Source: an uncultured Bacteroidales bacterium
GTDB lineage: Bacteria > Bacteroidota > Bacteroidia > Bacteroidales > P3
Length of the DNA: 36,548 bases
Assembly (NCBI GenBank): GCA_947176325.1
Contig: CAMWQD010000001.1
Span: forward strand, 1 to 36,548
Direction of reading: 5' to 3'
Under the pieces are notes generated by a model, which saw only the letters and a list, made by a program, of their open reading frames with translations, searched no databases and was not told the origin of the DNA. The translations under genes were made by a program, and so were the position numbers. How positions within the stretch are numbered: position 1 is the stretch's first letter; every line of letters starts with the position of its first letter. This document shows positions 27,376 to 35,404 of this stretch, in pieces.

Positions 27376-28321
27376 GCCCCACCTCCTTTTCCACGGGTTT
27401 TATCCGCGCCACCCGCAGCTTGGCACTGCGCGAGCGGGGATTGCGTTCGATTTCCTCCGGCGAGGGCACCATTACCTTCCTCACCACCGGTTCGATAGGC
27501 GAAAGGTTGTTGCCGTAGAAATCCTTTTCTTCCTTGCCGTCGAGCCGGCCGGTACGCATAAAATTCTTCACCAGGCGGTCTTCGAGCGAGTGGTAGGAAA
27601 TCACCACCAACCGCCCGCCGGGCTTGAGCACCTCCAGACTTTGCGTAAGCAGGGCCTCCAAACTTTCCAACTCCTTGTTCACCTCAATGCGCAAGGCTTG
27701 GAACGCCATAGCCAAAAACTTGTTCTCCTTGCCCTTTTGCGCAAAACGTTCAAAGAACGAAGCCGCCTCGTCGGTATAGACAAAAGGCGCTTCTTCTCGC
27801 CGCGCCACCACTTCGCGCGCCAACCGCCCGCCGAAAGCGATTTCGCCGTAGACACAGAAAATCCGCTTCAACTCTTCTTCCGTATAGGTGTTGAGCACAT
27901 GTGCGGCGGTGAGGTCTCCGCTCCTATCCATACGCATATCCAACGGCCCGTGCAGACGGATGGAAAAACCCCTTTCGGCCACATCGAACTGATGCGACGA
28001 AACGCCCAAGTCGGCCAAAATGCCGTCTACGGGAAGAAGTCTGCGGAAACGAAGATGATTCTTGAGCAGGGAGAAATTCCCGCCAATCAGCACAAACCTA
28101 TCTCCGGCCTGCGAGAAATCGGGATCTTCGGCGGCACGGTGCAAGGCATCGGGGTCGCGGTCGAAGGCCACAAGTTTGCCGTTTTCGCCTAAACAGGAAA
28201 GTATGCGACGGGAATGCCCGCCACCTCCGAATGTAGCGTCTACATATACGCCATTAGAATGAATATCAAGGCTTTGTAGAGCCTCTGAAAGCATAACAGG
28301 TTCATGATAGCCGCTTGTCAT
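27362..28321 (-). CDS. rsmH: 16S rRNA (cytosine1402-N4)-methyltransferase
   Basis: 319 aa with HEPVMLSE and the SAM motif DATFGGGGHS, plus ISYHSLEDRLVK. It follows mraZ by 11 bp. Confidence 0.95.
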   Translation of the reverse strand: MTSGYHEPVMLSEALQSLDIHSNGVYVDATFGGGGHSRRILSCLGENGKLVAFDRDPDALHRAAEDPDFSQAGDRFVLIGGNFSLLKNHLRFRRLLPVDGILADLGVSSHQFDVAERGFSIRLHGPLDMRMDRSGDLTAAHVLNTYTEEELKRIFCVYGEIAFGGRLAREVVARREEAPFVYTDEAASFFERFAQKGKENKFLAMAFQALRIEVNKELESLEALLTQSLEVLKPGGRLVVISYHSLEDRLVKNFMRTGRLDGKEEKDFYGNNLSPIEPVVRKVMVPSPEEIERNPRSRSAKLRVARIKPVEKEVGRGQE

Positions 28322-28332
28322 GACGCACCCTC

Positions 28333-28797
28333 CTAAAACTTTTCCGTTGCGTCAATCTGTCCCAGTCGCTCGGCGGCCATCCGTGCAAAATCAACCTCGG
28401 CTTCGTTCACCTTGTTGTAGGTTTCCACATCCCAAATCTCAATGATGTTGATTTTGGAAATGAGCACGATTTCCTTGTCGATTTTCTTGGCTTTCTTGAG
28501 CTCGGAAGGAATGAGAAGACGGTCGTTGTTGTCCAGCTCCACCGGATTACCCTCCGAAAGTTTACGAATAAGAAGACGATCCTGAGGGTTATAGGGGTTG
28601 AGTTTGGAGACCTTGTTTTCGATTTCTTTCTCGAACTCTCCGCGCGGGTAAAGCTCGAGACAGGCATCAAAGATGCTTTCCCGAATCACAAAGCCCGCCT
28701 CCACAACGCCCGAAAGCGCCTTTTTGAGCGCCACCGGGAATTTGAAACGGCCGGCCGGATCCACTTTGCAAAATTCTTTACCTACTAAAATCGCCAT
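28333..28797 (-). CDS. mraZ: Transcriptional regulator MraZ
   Basis: 154 aa with a duplicated SpoVT/AbrB-like MraZ repeat, each carrying a DxxGR/DxxDR...P motif (VDPAGRFKFP and LDNNDRLLIP). It is the first gene of the dcw cluster. Confidence 0.9.
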   Translation of the reverse strand: MAILVGKEFCKVDPAGRFKFPVALKKALSGVVEAGFVIRESIFDACLELYPRGEFEKEIENKVSKLNPYNPQDRLLIRKLSEGNPVELDNNDRLLIPSELKKAKKIDKEIVLISKINIIEIWDVETYNKVNEAEVDFARMAAERLGQIDATEKF

Positions 28798-28867
28798 AGT
28801 TCTTGTGTTCTGCGCATTGCGAACCTCATCGTTTTTTTTCGCCGCAAGGTTCCCGCTTAGAACAGGC

Positions 28868-28875
28868 CAAAATTA
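28868..28875 (-). promoter_or_regulatory. Candidate dcw (Pmra) -7 promoter element TAATTTTG
   Basis: Exact TAnnTTTG match on the minus strand, 70 nt upstream of the mraZ ATG (28797) and 19 nt downstream of the nearest TGGGA box. Confidence 0.45.
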
Positions 28876-28894
28876 AAGAGAATTATCCGAAAAA

Positions 28895-28939
28895 TCCCAT
28901 TTTGTTAATAATTTTTCCATTCGCTCCCAAAAAATCCCA
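28895..28939 (-). promoter_or_regulatory. Putative MraZ operator: 10-bp-phased TGGGA/TGGAA direct repeats
   Basis: The minus strand reads TGGGA-ttttt-TGGGA-gcgaa-TGGAA-aaatt-attaa-caaaa-TGGGA. The pentamers occupy plus-strand positions 28935-39, 28925-29, 28915-19 and 28895-99, with the 28905 slot degenerate. This is the TGGGN repeat with 5-nt spacers described for E. coli MraZ binding. Confidence 0.55.
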
Positions 28940-29174
28940 TTTTTAAGCCCTATATTGACAACACATCAAGTAAATCAACATATTACAAAGAAATACGAAG
29001 CAGCAAAATCCGCCCCTGTCTGTGAGTTTTCCACAATTTGTTAATAACTTTTTGCTTTCAGCCCCACCTCAGAACCCTCATATCCTCCTTTCCGCCCCCT
29101 CTCGCCGACCATTTCCCCGAAAAGCCGTACTTTTACACCTTTCGGGCAACCCGAACAGGAAAACCCTAAAACGT

Positions 29175-30032
29175 ATGCTGAGTTTCACCATTTCCGAACG
29201 CACCATAGACGTGGAGCGGCTGATTGCCGAGAAAGCCCCCTCCGCCTACAAGAAGATAAAGTGGCTCATTCCGTGGCTCCGCAAGATTCTTCACGAAGAC
29301 GAAGTGAACGCCTTTTTATATAAGGAGCGAAACAAGGTGGGGGTGGATTTCGCCACGGCCATTCTACAGGATTTTGAATGCGAGGTGACGATGCGGGGAC
29401 AAGAGAACCTCGACCCCTCGGGCCGCTACCTTTTCTGCGCCAATCATCCCTTGGGCGGCTTGGACGGCATGGCGTTCCTGAGCCGTGTGGGTCAGCTCCG
29501 CCCCGACGTGGTCTTTCCGGTAAACGATATGCTCTTGGCGCTGCCTCCTTTCGAACCTGTTTTTCTGCCTATCAGCAAGTTGAAGAAAAACACCGAAAAC
29601 CGCCGCCATCTGGACGAAGCCTTCAAGAGCGACCGCACCTTGTTATACTTTCCCGCCGGCCTGTGCTCGCGCAAGCAGAAACACGGCGTGATTGCCGACA
29701 CCGAATGGAAAAAGACCTTCATCACCCAGGCACGCAATACTTTTCGGGATGTGGTTCCCGTGCATATTTCGGGCAGGAACTCCAATTTCTTCTACAACCT
29801 CGCCCGTCTGCGTACCCGCTTGGGTATCAAAGTGAATATCGAACAGATTTTCTTGGTGAACGAGATGTTCAAACTCCGAAATCAGAAGATTTGTTTAACT
29901 TTGGGCAAACCTATTCCTTGCTCGGTGTTCGACAAAAGCCGCAGCGACAAGGAATGGGCGGCTTTGGTTCGCGAACACGTCTACAAACTGCCCCACGACC
30001 CACAGGCGGTGTTCGCACCTTTTAATGTTTAG
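29175..30032 (+). CDS. Lysophospholipid/PlsC-family O-acyltransferase (GlsA/OlsA-like, N-acyl amino acid lipid synthesis)
   Basis: The start is taken at ATG 29175 (MLSFTISERTIDV...), since the ORF-track start at 29022 is a GTG within the promoter region. An acyltransferase catalytic block FCANHPLGGLDG and FPAGLCSR are present. It lies 5 nt upstream of a GNAT/OlsB-like partner gene. Confidence 0.65.
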   Translation: MLSFTISERTIDVERLIAEKAPSAYKKIKWLIPWLRKILHEDEVNAFLYKERNKVGVDFATAILQDFECEVTMRGQENLDPSGRYLFCANHPLGGLDGMAFLSRVGQLRPDVVFPVNDMLLALPPFEPVFLPISKLKKNTENRRHLDEAFKSDRTLLYFPAGLCSRKQKHGVIADTEWKKTFITQARNTFRDVVPVHISGRNSNFFYNLARLRTRLGIKVNIEQIFLVNEMFKLRNQKICLTLGKPIPCSVFDKSRSDKEWAALVREHVYKLPHDPQAVFAPFNV

Positions 30033-30037
30033 ATTAT

Positions 30038-30988
30038 ATGGAACCTATCATACCTCCCGTTGCAAGGGAAAAACTCAAGGACGAACTCACGTCCGACAAG
30101 TTCCTGCGCTACACCAACTACGGCGACCGTATGGTGTTCATCACCACCGCACACGATTCGCCCTCGGTGATGCAGGAGCTGGGCCGTCTGCGAGAGGAGG
30201 CGTTCCGCTCGGAAGGCGGAGGTACGGGAAAAAGCGCCGACATAGACGAATTCGACACCATGCCCAACCCCTACAAACAGTTGGTGGTGTGGGATCCTGT
30301 GGACGAAGAGATTGTGGGCGGCTATCGGTTTATAGAAGGCAACCGCGTTTCGTTCGACGCAACGGGCGCGCCCCTGCTCTCCACTACCGAAATCTTCAAG
30401 ATTTCACCCCGCTTCATCAAGGAATACCTGCCGCAGACCATCGAGTTGGGACGCAGCTTCGTGCAACCCAAATACCAATCTTCGCGCAGCGGCATTTTCT
30501 CTCTCGACAATCTTTGGGACGGCTTGGGCGGCTTGGTGACGCTCAACGAAAGTTGGATGAAGTATTTCTTCGGCAAGGTGACCATGTATACCGCCTTCAA
30601 TCCCGAAGCGCGCGACACTCTATTATATTATGTGTCGAAATACTACAAGGATCACGATAATTTAGTGGTGCCCATCAATCCGATTGTGCCCGTCACGCCC
30701 GAAGATAAATTGGAGGCGCTTTTCAAGGGCATGGAGCTGGAGGAAGCCTATCGCACCGCGGGAAAACGCATCCGTGAATTGGGTGAGAATATCCCGCCCC
30801 TGTTCAATTCGTATCTCAAACTCTCGCCCCTGATGCGCAGTTTCGGCACTTGTGTCAATCCGCATTTCGGAGGCGTGGAGGAAACGGGCATCTTAATCCG
30901 CGTGGACGAGGTGTATGAAACCAAAAAGGAAAGACATATTCCTCTCCGCCTGAGCGATGTGCAGAAGCCGAAGGAAAAACACGACTAA
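30038..30988 (+). CDS. GNAT-family (hemolysin-like / OlsB-GlsB-like) N-acyltransferase
   Basis: 316 aa. The segment LGRLREEAFRSEGGGTGKSADIDEFD...QLVVWDPVDEEIVGGYRF is typical of the Acetyltransf_5 N-acyl amino acid synthases of Bacteroidetes. It is paired with a PlsC-type acyltransferase. Confidence 0.65.
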   Translation: MEPIIPPVAREKLKDELTSDKFLRYTNYGDRMVFITTAHDSPSVMQELGRLREEAFRSEGGGTGKSADIDEFDTMPNPYKQLVVWDPVDEEIVGGYRFIEGNRVSFDATGAPLLSTTEIFKISPRFIKEYLPQTIELGRSFVQPKYQSSRSGIFSLDNLWDGLGGLVTLNESWMKYFFGKVTMYTAFNPEARDTLLYYVSKYYKDHDNLVVPINPIVPVTPEDKLEALFKGMELEEAYRTAGKRIRELGENIPPLFNSYLKLSPLMRSFGTCVNPHFGGVEETGILIRVDEVYETKKERHIPLRLSDVQKPKEKHD

Positions 30989-30999
30989 AACCGCATCCC

Positions 31000-31599
31000 A
31001 TGCAGATCAAGAGTGCCGAATTCATCGCTTGTTGCACCGACTACCGCAAATGTCCCGAAGCGGTGCTTCCCGAATACGCTTTTGTGGGCAGGTCGAATGT
31101 GGGAAAATCGTCGCTCATCAACCGGCTCTGCGGGCAGAGCGCGCTCGCCAAAACCTCCTCCACTCCGGGAAAGACGCAGTGCATCGTGCATTTTGCGGTC
31201 AACAAGGAATGGTATATCGCCGACCTTCCCGGCTACGGCTACGCGCAGGTGGGCAAGCAACAACGCGACCAGTGGAAAACCATGACGCGCGACTATCTGC
31301 TCAAGCGCGAAAACCTTTTCTGTGTGTTCGTGCTGGTGGATTTGCGCATACCGCCGCAAAAGTCGGACTTTGAATTCCTGCGGTTCCTCGGAGAGAACGG
31401 CGTGCCTTTGTGCGTGGTGGGAACCAAGGCCGACAAGCTCAAGAAACTTCAACTCGAAAATTCGGTGCAGACCCTAAAGAACGCTTTGAGCGAAGAATGG
31501 GAGCCTCTGCCGCCGTTTATCGTTTCCTCCTCGCAAACGGGTTTGGGAACGGACGAAATTTTAGATTTTATCGAACAGGCCAACCGCCGACAAGCATAA
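31000..31599 (+). CDS. engB: Ribosome biogenesis GTP-binding protein YihA/YsxC (EngB)
   Basis: 199 aa with G1 GRSNVGKSSLIN, G3 DLPGYGYA and G4 GTKADKL. Confidence 0.9.
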   Translation: MQIKSAEFIACCTDYRKCPEAVLPEYAFVGRSNVGKSSLINRLCGQSALAKTSSTPGKTQCIVHFAVNKEWYIADLPGYGYAQVGKQQRDQWKTMTRDYLLKRENLFCVFVLVDLRIPPQKSDFEFLRFLGENGVPLCVVGTKADKLKKLQLENSVQTLKNALSEEWEPLPPFIVSSSQTGLGTDEILDFIEQANRRQA

Positions 31600-31616
31600 G
31601 GCCTGAACAAAAACAT

Positions 31617-33488
31617 ATGCTGATGAAGAGAGAAAAACTTTTTTCGGAATTCGCACCTGTTTCCACCCAGGAATGGATGGAAGCCATTACCAAAGACCTC
31701 AAGGGCGCAGACTTCAACAAGAAGCTGGTTTGGCGCACCGCCGAAGGCTTTTCGGTGGAACCTTTCTACCGCGCCGACAATCTGGAAGGCTTGGATTTCC
31801 TGAACGAGAAGCCGGGTGAATTTCCTTTCGTTAGGGGAGGAAAGACGGAAAACAACGATTGGGAGGTGCGGCAGGATTTCCGCATCGACGACATAAACCG
31901 TTGCAACGCTTTGGCTCGCGAAGCCGCCGCCAAAGGTGCCGAATCGGTGGGTTTGAACTGCGCGAAGGTGGAGACCTTGGCGCAAATGGAAAGCTTGTTG
32001 CAGGGTATTGATGTATGCCGCACGGGCATTCATTTTCTGCAAAGCAAGAACTACGGAAAGACGCTCGACCTTTTCTTGCAGTATCTCAAGGCGCACGATA
32101 TAAAAGGAGAGAATGTATACGGTTCGATTGATTTCGACCCGCTTGCCTACGCCTTGCTGCACGGCGAATTCTATCAATCCTTTTCCGCGAACATGGACGA
32201 GGCGGCGGAGCTTTTCAAGAAGTTCGCGCAGGCATTGCCCAAATTCCGTCTGTTGAATGTGGGCGCCCGCACGCTTCACGAGGCGGGTTGCTACAATGTG
32301 CGTGAAATAGGCCTTGCCCTTTCGTGGGGATGCGAATATCTGGCCGCCCTCACCGACCGCGGCGTGGACGTAGACACGGTGTGCGCCCGCATGGGGCTGC
32401 ATATCGGAATAGGCTCCGACTACTTCATTCAAATTGCCAAGATGCGCACGGTGCGGCTCCTGTGGGCGCACATGGTTCACGGCTTCGCACCCAAGAATCC
32501 GCAAAGCGAAAAAGCTTTCGTGCACGCCGAATCTTCGTTGTGGAACCAATCGGTCTACGACCCCTACGTGAATATGTTGCGCAGCACCACCGAAACCATG
32601 AGTGCGGCTATCGGGGGCGCGGACTCAATTTGTGTGAACGACTTTTCGGACGCTTTCCGCGCCCCCGACGAATTCTCGGCGCGCATCGCCCGCAATCAGC
32701 AAATCATCCTTAAAGAGGAGTCGTTTTTCAACCGCATCATCGACCCCTCCGCCGGTTCGTATTATATAGAGAACCTCACCGCGAAAATGGCCGAAGAAGC
32801 GTGGAAACTGTTTTTGGAAGCCGAGGAGCAGGGCGGGTTCGCGGCCTGTGTGGAAAAGGGTTTTGTGCAGGAGCGTGTGGAAGCCGATGCCGCCAAACGC
32901 AACGAGGATTTGGCCAAGCGGAAGTTGGTGTTGACGGGTGTGAACCAATTCCCCAATCTCGGCGAGAAAGAGTTGGAAAATCTGCAAAAGGAAATATGCG
33001 CGGCCGGGGCTCCTGCAGGCAAGGCGTTTGCCGCCTTGCGGATGTATCGTGGAGCCGAGGCATTCGAGGCCTTGCGCTTGCAGACCGAAAAATTCGCCGC
33101 AGAACACAACGGAAAACGACCCAAGGTATTTTTGCTGACCTACGGAAACTTGGCCATGCGCAAGGCACGGGCGGGTTTCACCTCCAATTTCTTCGGTTGC
33201 CTCGGCTACGAAATCATCGACAATGCAGGTTTTGAAAACGGGGAACAAGGGGCGCAGGCGGCCTTGCAGAGCGGTGCCGAAATTACGGTGTTGTGCAGCA
33301 GCGATGAGGAATATGCCGATTTGGCCGCACAAGCCTGCCCTGTGCTGAAAGGCAAAACCTGCATTGTCTATGCAGGAGCCGCGGCCGATGAGGAGCCTTT
33401 CCGCGCCCTCGGGGTGGAATGCTTCATCCACGTGCGCAGCAATGTTTTGGAGACCTTGCAAAAATTTCAGAAAACTTTATTAAAATAG
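31617..33488 (+). CDS. mutA: Methylmalonyl-CoA mutase small (beta) subunit
   Basis: The start is taken at ATG 31617 (MLMKREKLFSEFAPVSTQEWMEAITKDLKG...), because the upstream part of the ORF overlaps engB. At 623 aa it has the MCM-like TIM-barrel region but lacks the RQYAGF and DxHxxG B12-ligand motifs of the large subunit, as expected for MutA. Confidence 0.8.
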   Translation: MLMKREKLFSEFAPVSTQEWMEAITKDLKGADFNKKLVWRTAEGFSVEPFYRADNLEGLDFLNEKPGEFPFVRGGKTENNDWEVRQDFRIDDINRCNALAREAAAKGAESVGLNCAKVETLAQMESLLQGIDVCRTGIHFLQSKNYGKTLDLFLQYLKAHDIKGENVYGSIDFDPLAYALLHGEFYQSFSANMDEAAELFKKFAQALPKFRLLNVGARTLHEAGCYNVREIGLALSWGCEYLAALTDRGVDVDTVCARMGLHIGIGSDYFIQIAKMRTVRLLWAHMVHGFAPKNPQSEKAFVHAESSLWNQSVYDPYVNMLRSTTETMSAAIGGADSICVNDFSDAFRAPDEFSARIARNQQIILKEESFFNRIIDPSAGSYYIENLTAKMAEEAWKLFLEAEEQGGFAACVEKGFVQERVEADAAKRNEDLAKRKLVLTGVNQFPNLGEKELENLQKEICAAGAPAGKAFAALRMYRGAEAFEALRLQTEKFAAEHNGKRPKVFLLTYGNLAMRKARAGFTSNFFGCLGYEIIDNAGFENGEQGAQAALQSGAEITVLCSSDEEYADLAAQACPVLKGKTCIVYAGAAADEEPFRALGVECFIHVRSNVLETLQKFQKTLLK

Positions 33489-33517
33489 AAGACAGTTTCA
33501 AAGACCCGCTATAACCT

Positions 33518-34135
33518 ATGACCCTATTTTCCCTGATACTCCTGTCGTTGGCCTTGTCGATAGACTGCTTTACGATATGTATGGTCTTCGGCATGCAACG
33601 CGCCGCCTTCCGGGCCAACCTGCGTGCGGAGGAGAAAGACCCCATGCCGCCCCTGTGGTGGAGCGCCGTCTTGCCGGGTCTTGTCTTCGCCCTCTTCCAT
33701 ATCCTGATGATTTTATTGGGATGGCTGTTGGGCTGGAGCATCAACGGTATCGTGGAGAAATTCGACCATTGGTTCGCTTTCGCCCTGCTCTGCGGCATCG
33801 GTTTCAAAACCATTATCGAAGCCTATAACAGCAAGGAAAAGGAATTGCAGGTGCACGCCATGTTTCATTGGAAATCCCTGCTGCTGTTGGGGCTCGCCGT
33901 GAGCATCGACGCCTTTGCCGTTGGGGTGAGCCTCGAGATGCTGAATGTGGGTTTGGTGAAGCTTTGCGCCAGCGTGGCCATTACGGTTCTCGTATGCAGC
34001 ATAGCCGCGGTGTTCGCCGGATTTTTCCTGCAAAAACAACTCAGGAAACTATCTCTCAAAGCCGTCAACCTCATCGGGGGATTGGTGCTTATCGGTATCG
34101 GGGTACGCATTCTCATCGAGCATTTGCAAGGCTGA
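33518..34135 (+). CDS. mntP: Manganese efflux pump MntP (DUF204 family)
   Basis: 205 aa, about 6 TM segments, with the duplicated motif LSIDCFTI / VSIDAFAVG characteristic of MntP. Confidence 0.8.
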   Translation: MTLFSLILLSLALSIDCFTICMVFGMQRAAFRANLRAEEKDPMPPLWWSAVLPGLVFALFHILMILLGWLLGWSINGIVEKFDHWFAFALLCGIGFKTIIEAYNSKEKELQVHAMFHWKSLLLLGLAVSIDAFAVGVSLEMLNVGLVKLCASVAITVLVCSIAAVFAGFFLQKQLRKLSLKAVNLIGGLVLIGIGVRILIEHLQG

Positions 34136-34152
34136 TTATTATATTGAAGACT

Positions 34153-34623
34153 ATGCCGCAGTTGAGCATCACCAAGATTTTCCGCTACGAAGCCGCCCAT
34201 GCCCTCATGGGCTACGACGGGCTTTGCGCCAACATTCACGGGCATTCCTATCGCTTGGAGGTGACGGTTTGCCGCACGGATTTGGATGCCACGCCCGGCA
34301 CGTCGATAGGCGCCGAGAACGAATCCGACCCCAAATGCGGCATGTTGATGGATTTCTCGGATTTGAAACGGCTCGTGAACGACACGATTGTAAATCCTTT
34401 CGACCACGCGTTGATTTTGAACGCCTCCATGCAGGCCAACCTGTTGGAATCGCTGCGCGCCTCGCATCAGAAAATCATCACCCTCCCCTTTCAACCCACC
34501 AGCGAAAACATGATTCTGTATTTCGCCTCCCGCCTCACTTCCTGTCTTCCCGCACCTTTCCGCCTCAAGAAACTCCGCCTCTACGAAACCGAATCCTCCT
34601 TTACCGATTGGGAGAATGACTGA
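34153..34623 (+). CDS. queD: 6-carboxy-5,6,7,8-tetrahydropterin synthase
   Basis: The start is taken at ATG 34153 (MPQLSITKIFRYEAAHAL...). The QueD-type CxxxHGH motif is present (LCANIHGHSY), along with MLMDFSDLK and a C-terminal ...LYETESSFTDW. About 156 aa. Confidence 0.85.
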   Translation: MPQLSITKIFRYEAAHALMGYDGLCANIHGHSYRLEVTVCRTDLDATPGTSIGAENESDPKCGMLMDFSDLKRLVNDTIVNPFDHALILNASMQANLLESLRASHQKIITLPFQPTSENMILYFASRLTSCLPAPFRLKKLRLYETESSFTDWEND

Positions 34624-35353
34624 ATCGTGGAACCCGTGGCACGGCTGCCACAAGATTAGCGCGGGCTGCAAGCACTGCTATGTGTATCGGGAAGATGCCG
34701 CTTTCGGCACGGAAATTCCCTCCGACCAAGTGCGCAAGACCTCATCGTTCCGCCTGCCGCTCAAGAAAGACCGTCATAAGAATTTCAAATATCCTTCCGG
34801 AACCATGTTCGGGCTGTGCTTCACTTCCGATTTGCTCATTGAGGAAGCCGACCCTTGGCGCGAGGAAATCTGGGAAATCATCCGCCAACGCCGCGACTGC
34901 ACGTTCTTTTTCTTTACCAAACGCATCGACCGCCTGGCCGCCTGCCTGCCCGCCGATTGGGGCGAGGGCTACGAACACGTGGCGGTGGGCTGCACGGTAG
35001 AGAACCAAGACCGCGCCGACTACCGTCTGCCCATATTCCTTTCCCTGCCGATACGCCACCGCCTGTTGATAGTCGCCCCCATGTTGGAACGTATCGACCT
35101 ACGCCCCTACCTCAACCCGCAACACATCGAAGAAGTCTCGGCCAGCGGCGAATCGGGCAAATACGCCCGCACCTTGGATTACAACTGGATACTCGACCTC
35201 CGCGCCCAATGTATCGAAGCGCAGGTGCCGTTCTGTTTTCACCAAACCGGTTCCTATTTTCTCAAAGACGGCAAGACCTATCACATTCCCCGCGAAAAGC
35301 AAATCTCCCAAGCCCGCAAAGCCGGCATAGACACGCGCGAGCCGAGGCTATAG
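34616..35353 (+). CDS. DUF5131 (phage Gp37/Gp68) family protein with an N-terminal three-Cys motif
   Basis: 245 aa. The family-typical N-terminus is WNPWHGCHKISAGCKHCY (C11-x6-C18-x2-C21), followed by FFFFTKR and VAPMLE segments. The ATG overlaps the queD stop by 8 nt (ATGACTGA). Confidence 0.7.
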   Translation: MTESWNPWHGCHKISAGCKHCYVYREDAAFGTEIPSDQVRKTSSFRLPLKKDRHKNFKYPSGTMFGLCFTSDLLIEEADPWREEIWEIIRQRRDCTFFFFTKRIDRLAACLPADWGEGYEHVAVGCTVENQDRADYRLPIFLSLPIRHRLLIVAPMLERIDLRPYLNPQHIEEVSASGESGKYARTLDYNWILDLRAQCIEAQVPFCFHQTGSYFLKDGKTYHIPREKQISQARKAGIDTREPRL

Positions 35354-35404
35354 ACTGTCCCCGTTTTTTTTGTATTTTCGCGCGCTTTTTAAAAACAAAC
35401 TGTT

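Noticed and set aside
28333-28797. mraZ appears lower in GC than its neighbours, which could suggest horizontal acquisition.
   Set aside because: It is the canonical first gene of the dcw cluster, in conserved order, with its own operator-like repeats. Compositional deviation in a short gene judged by eye is not evidence of transfer.
33489-33517. Looked for a yybP-ykoY Mn2+ riboswitch upstream of mntP.
   Set aside because: Only 29 bp separate the mutA stop and the mntP ATG, which is far too short for the riboswitch. No conserved four-way-junction sequence is visible.
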